Part shown: piece by piece, positions 61,626 through 64,000 of the stretch
How positions within the stretch are numbered: the stretch's first letter is position 1
How the letters are laid out: every line of letters begins with the position of its first letter
Source: Terriglobia bacterium
Lineage (GTDB): Bacteria > Acidobacteriota > Terriglobia > JAJPHL01 > JAPKYU01
NCBI GenBank assembly: GCA_965223005.1
Contig: CBDCVK010000010.1
Span: 1 to 64,000, forward strand
Reading direction: 5' to 3'
DNA: 64,000 nucleotides
Program-made: the position numbers and the translations under genes
Notes under the pieces: model-generated
The model's database searches: none
What the model was told of the DNA's origin: nothing
Seen by the model: the letters and a program-made list of their open reading frames with translations, nothing else

Positions 61626-62282
61626 ATGATGAGGAACGCAAAACTATTGTGGTTCTTGATTGTGGTGCTGGCGCTGGGGATCGCTGGCTGCACTGAGAAG
61701 GAAGAACCCCCACCAGCCCCGGCGGAACCGCCACCCACGCCTGCCACCACCGGTCCCCAAACGGTTAGCGGAACGGTGAAAGGGCGCAGCGGCAAACCCC
61801 TGGCCAAGGCCTGGGTGTGCCTGGGCCAGCTTGAGCAATCAGCGATTGAAGGGAAGGACGTGAAGCTTGAGCTGACCCAGTTGACCGCCGTGACGGATGA
61901 CGATGGGCGCTTCCAGATTGAGGGGGTGCCTGCCGGCACCTACACCTTGGTCTACCAGCCGTCGCCCGCAACCGGTGCCAGGGGCGGCCGCGAGATTTCG
62001 GTCGCCAACCTCTCGGCTGGGCAGCGCTCGACGATGCCGGACTTGCGCGAACGCGAGGTCGGGACATTCAAGCCGTTCAAGCAACGGCCTTGGAGTCGCG
62101 ACTATACTCTGATGAAGGGCCACACGTTGTTCAACACGGCCAGCGGAAAAAGGTGGAAAATCTGGAATGCGTCCGCCCGCCGGGGCCGCCGCGGGCCTTT
62201 CCTGGAGATACGCAAAAACGAAATCTGGCGACAGGACATCCAGAAGGATTCGAACGTCACCTTCGAGGCCTGGAGCTTCTGA
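61626..62282 (+). CDS. Lipoprotein with carboxypeptidase-like beta domain
   Basis: Lipobox IAGC, Pro-rich linker, TDDDGRFQIEGVPAGTY. Confidence 0.75.
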   Translation: MMRNAKLLWFLIVVLALGIAGCTEKEEPPPAPAEPPPTPATTGPQTVSGTVKGRSGKPLAKAWVCLGQLEQSAIEGKDVKLELTQLTAVTDDDGRFQIEGVPAGTYTLVYQPSPATGARGGREISVANLSAGQRSTMPDLREREVGTFKPFKQRPWSRDYTLMKGHTLFNTASGKRWKIWNASARRGRRGPFLEIRKNEIWRQDIQKDSNVTFEAWSF

Positions 62283-62336
62283 ACCGCGGCGCTGCTCCGG
62301 GTTGCCGGACAGGTGAAGCCGACCCGGGGGCCGCCG

Positions 62337-62510
62337 TCAGTCTGCCTCGATCTTGGCCTCATCAACCAACATGACCGGGATATTGTCCCGGATGGGGTAA
62401 ACGCGCCGGCACTGGCCGCATTTCAGCCCCTGCTCGTCGGCGGTTAGCTTGACAGGCGTCTTGCAGACGGGGCAAACCAGGATATCAAGCAGCTCTTTGC
62501 TGATGGGCAT
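62337..62510 (-). CDS. Trm112-family protein
   Basis: LLDILVCPVCK...YPIRDNIPVML. Confidence 0.92.
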   Translation of the reverse strand: MPISKELLDILVCPVCKTPVKLTADEQGLKCGQCRRVYPIRDNIPVMLVDEAKIEAD

Positions 62511-62659
62511 GATAGCGCTCCTCGCTCCGATACCAGGCAAATGTACAACGAAAGCAGAGAAAACAGCTACCGCTTCTCTGGGAGAACGTCGTCATTCCCC
62601 CTGTGCTATGATTTTTCATGGGTTCATCTGGCACCGTTGGAAGGGAAAGGACGCTGCCG

Positions 62660-63610
62660 ATGTCTGCTGCTGCCCGCATTCTTGATGGCAATTCGATTTC
62701 TACCCAGATCAGGGAAGAGCTTGCCCTGGAGTTGAAGGAACTGGCGGCGCAAGGGGTTCGTCCCGGCCTAGCCGCGGTCCTGGTAGGGGACAACCCCGGT
62801 TCGGTCATCTACGTTCGGAACAAGGTTAAGACCTGCCAGTCGTTGGGCATCTACAGCGAGAAGTTCACGCCTCCGGCGACTGCAAGCACCGAGGAGTTCC
62901 TGCGCCTGGTTCAGGAACTGAATGGCCGGGAGGAAATCGACGGCATTCTAGTGCAGTTGCCTCTGCCATCCCAAGTGGATACCCGGCGGGTGCTGGAGGC
63001 GATTGATCCGGCTAAGGACGTTGACGGGTTTCATCCTATCAACGTGGGGAACCTGGTCACCCAGCGGCCGGGACTGGTGCCTTGCACCCCCGCCGGGATT
63101 ATGGAAATCCTGCAGCGCAGCGGCGTCACGCTGAAGGGGGCGCGCGCGGTGGTGATTGGCCGCAGCGACTTGGTGGGCAAGCCGGTGGCGTTGCTGCTGA
63201 TGCACCAGCATGCCACGGTCACCATCTGCCACTCGCGCACGCGGGACCTGCCAGGGGTGGCACGGCAGGGCGAAATCCTGGTGGCTGCGATGGGCAAGCC
63301 GGCGATGATCAACGGGGAATACGTTCAGCCGGGCGCCACGGTGATTGACGTGGGCATCAACAAGATCACCGACCGGGCCGAAGTCGAGCGCCTGTTCCCC
63401 GGAAACGCGCAGCGGCTGGCCGAGCTGGATAAGAAGGGCTACACGCTGGTAGGCGATGTGCATCCCGACTCCGTGCTGCCGGTGGCCGGAGCGCTCACTC
63501 CGGTTCCGGGCGGCGTGGGCCCGCTGACCATTGCCATGTTGATGGTCAACACGGTCCGCGCAGCGTGCCTGCGGCGAGGTTTGACGGTTGGCGCCGGGGT
63601 GACCGCCTAG
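62660..63610 (+). CDS. folD: Methylene-THF dehydrogenase/cyclohydrolase
   Basis: YVRNK, VQLPLP, KDVDGFH, PCTP, GRS.LVGKP, VPGGVGP. Confidence 0.97.
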   Translation: MSAAARILDGNSISTQIREELALELKELAAQGVRPGLAAVLVGDNPGSVIYVRNKVKTCQSLGIYSEKFTPPATASTEEFLRLVQELNGREEIDGILVQLPLPSQVDTRRVLEAIDPAKDVDGFHPINVGNLVTQRPGLVPCTPAGIMEILQRSGVTLKGARAVVIGRSDLVGKPVALLLMHQHATVTICHSRTRDLPGVARQGEILVAAMGKPAMINGEYVQPGATVIDVGINKITDRAEVERLFPGNAQRLAELDKKGYTLVGDVHPDSVLPVAGALTPVPGGVGPLTIAMLMVNTVRAACLRRGLTVGAGVTA

Positions 63611-63791
63611 CAGGCCGCTGCTGCAACTTCTGCAAAGACCAGGACTGGCAGCGGCTGGTAACTTGCCGCCCCGGGCTCCACAGGGCACAAGACGGGTCGC
63701 GAGACTGATTCACTGCCCGGCCATGTTCTAGAACGAATCTCGCAACTAGCAACTCACAGCCGTGGCAAGATCGCGCGGCGGAGCGTTTGGT

Positions 63792-64000
63792 TTGCTAAAA
63801 GTGGGGCTCACCGGCGGGCTGGCGTGCGGCAAGAGCACGGTCGCCGCGCTGCTTCAAGAAAAGGGATGCGGGCTGATCGACGCCGACCGTTTGGGCCATG
63901 AAGCCATCGCCCCGGACGGACCTGCTTACAGCGATGTGGTGGCCGAGTTTGGGCGTGACATCCTGGACGGCGAGGGGCGAGTGGACCGGGCGCGTCTGGC
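63792..64000 (+). CDS. coaE: Dephospho-CoA kinase (3' partial)
   Basis: MLKVGLTGGLACGKST, IDAD, VDR..L. Confidence 0.92.
   Translation, partial: MLKVGLTGGLACGKSTVAALLQEKGCGLIDADRLGHEAIAPDGPAYSDVVAEFGRDILDGEGRVDRARL

Noticed and set aside
62511-62659. ZTP/THF riboswitch before folD
   Set aside because: Consensus elements are not seen; only an extended -10 (TGCTATGAT).

Overview
High-GC bacterial chromosome segment, probably Acidobacteriota. This is inferred from a TIGR03437-like C-terminal domain on an S8 protease, an (A/G)TTC-N7-(A/G)TTC LexA-type box and the gene content. Bases 1-9606 are a decayed mobile/defence island: a PIN gene, DUF499-like and DUF262 pseudogenes, two IS903-group IS5 copies, two IS3 elements, an IS1595 remnant, an intact vapBC and a resolvase remnant. 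The island ends exactly at an isolated 5' half of a tRNA-Arg(TCT) gene (9607-9647, - strand) that still has its promoter. The rest is mostly core genes: rnhA, lexA, pfkA, nuoA, ihfB/HU, rpsA, surA-like, mfd, rfaE2, glmU, pta, ggt, asnS, rocF, ddl, folD and coaE. Among these are several notable modules: a deazaflavin cluster (PPOX-F420, LLM-F420, cofG, cofH); a PilZ / Zn-ribbon-REC / BacNav channel / orphan MglA / TPR neighbourhood; a stand-alone nucleotidyltransferase followed by a structured intergenic region; and two small ORFs missing from the ORF track. Several single-base indels suggest either assembly errors or recent pseudogenisation. All product calls come from motif recognition only; no database searches were run.
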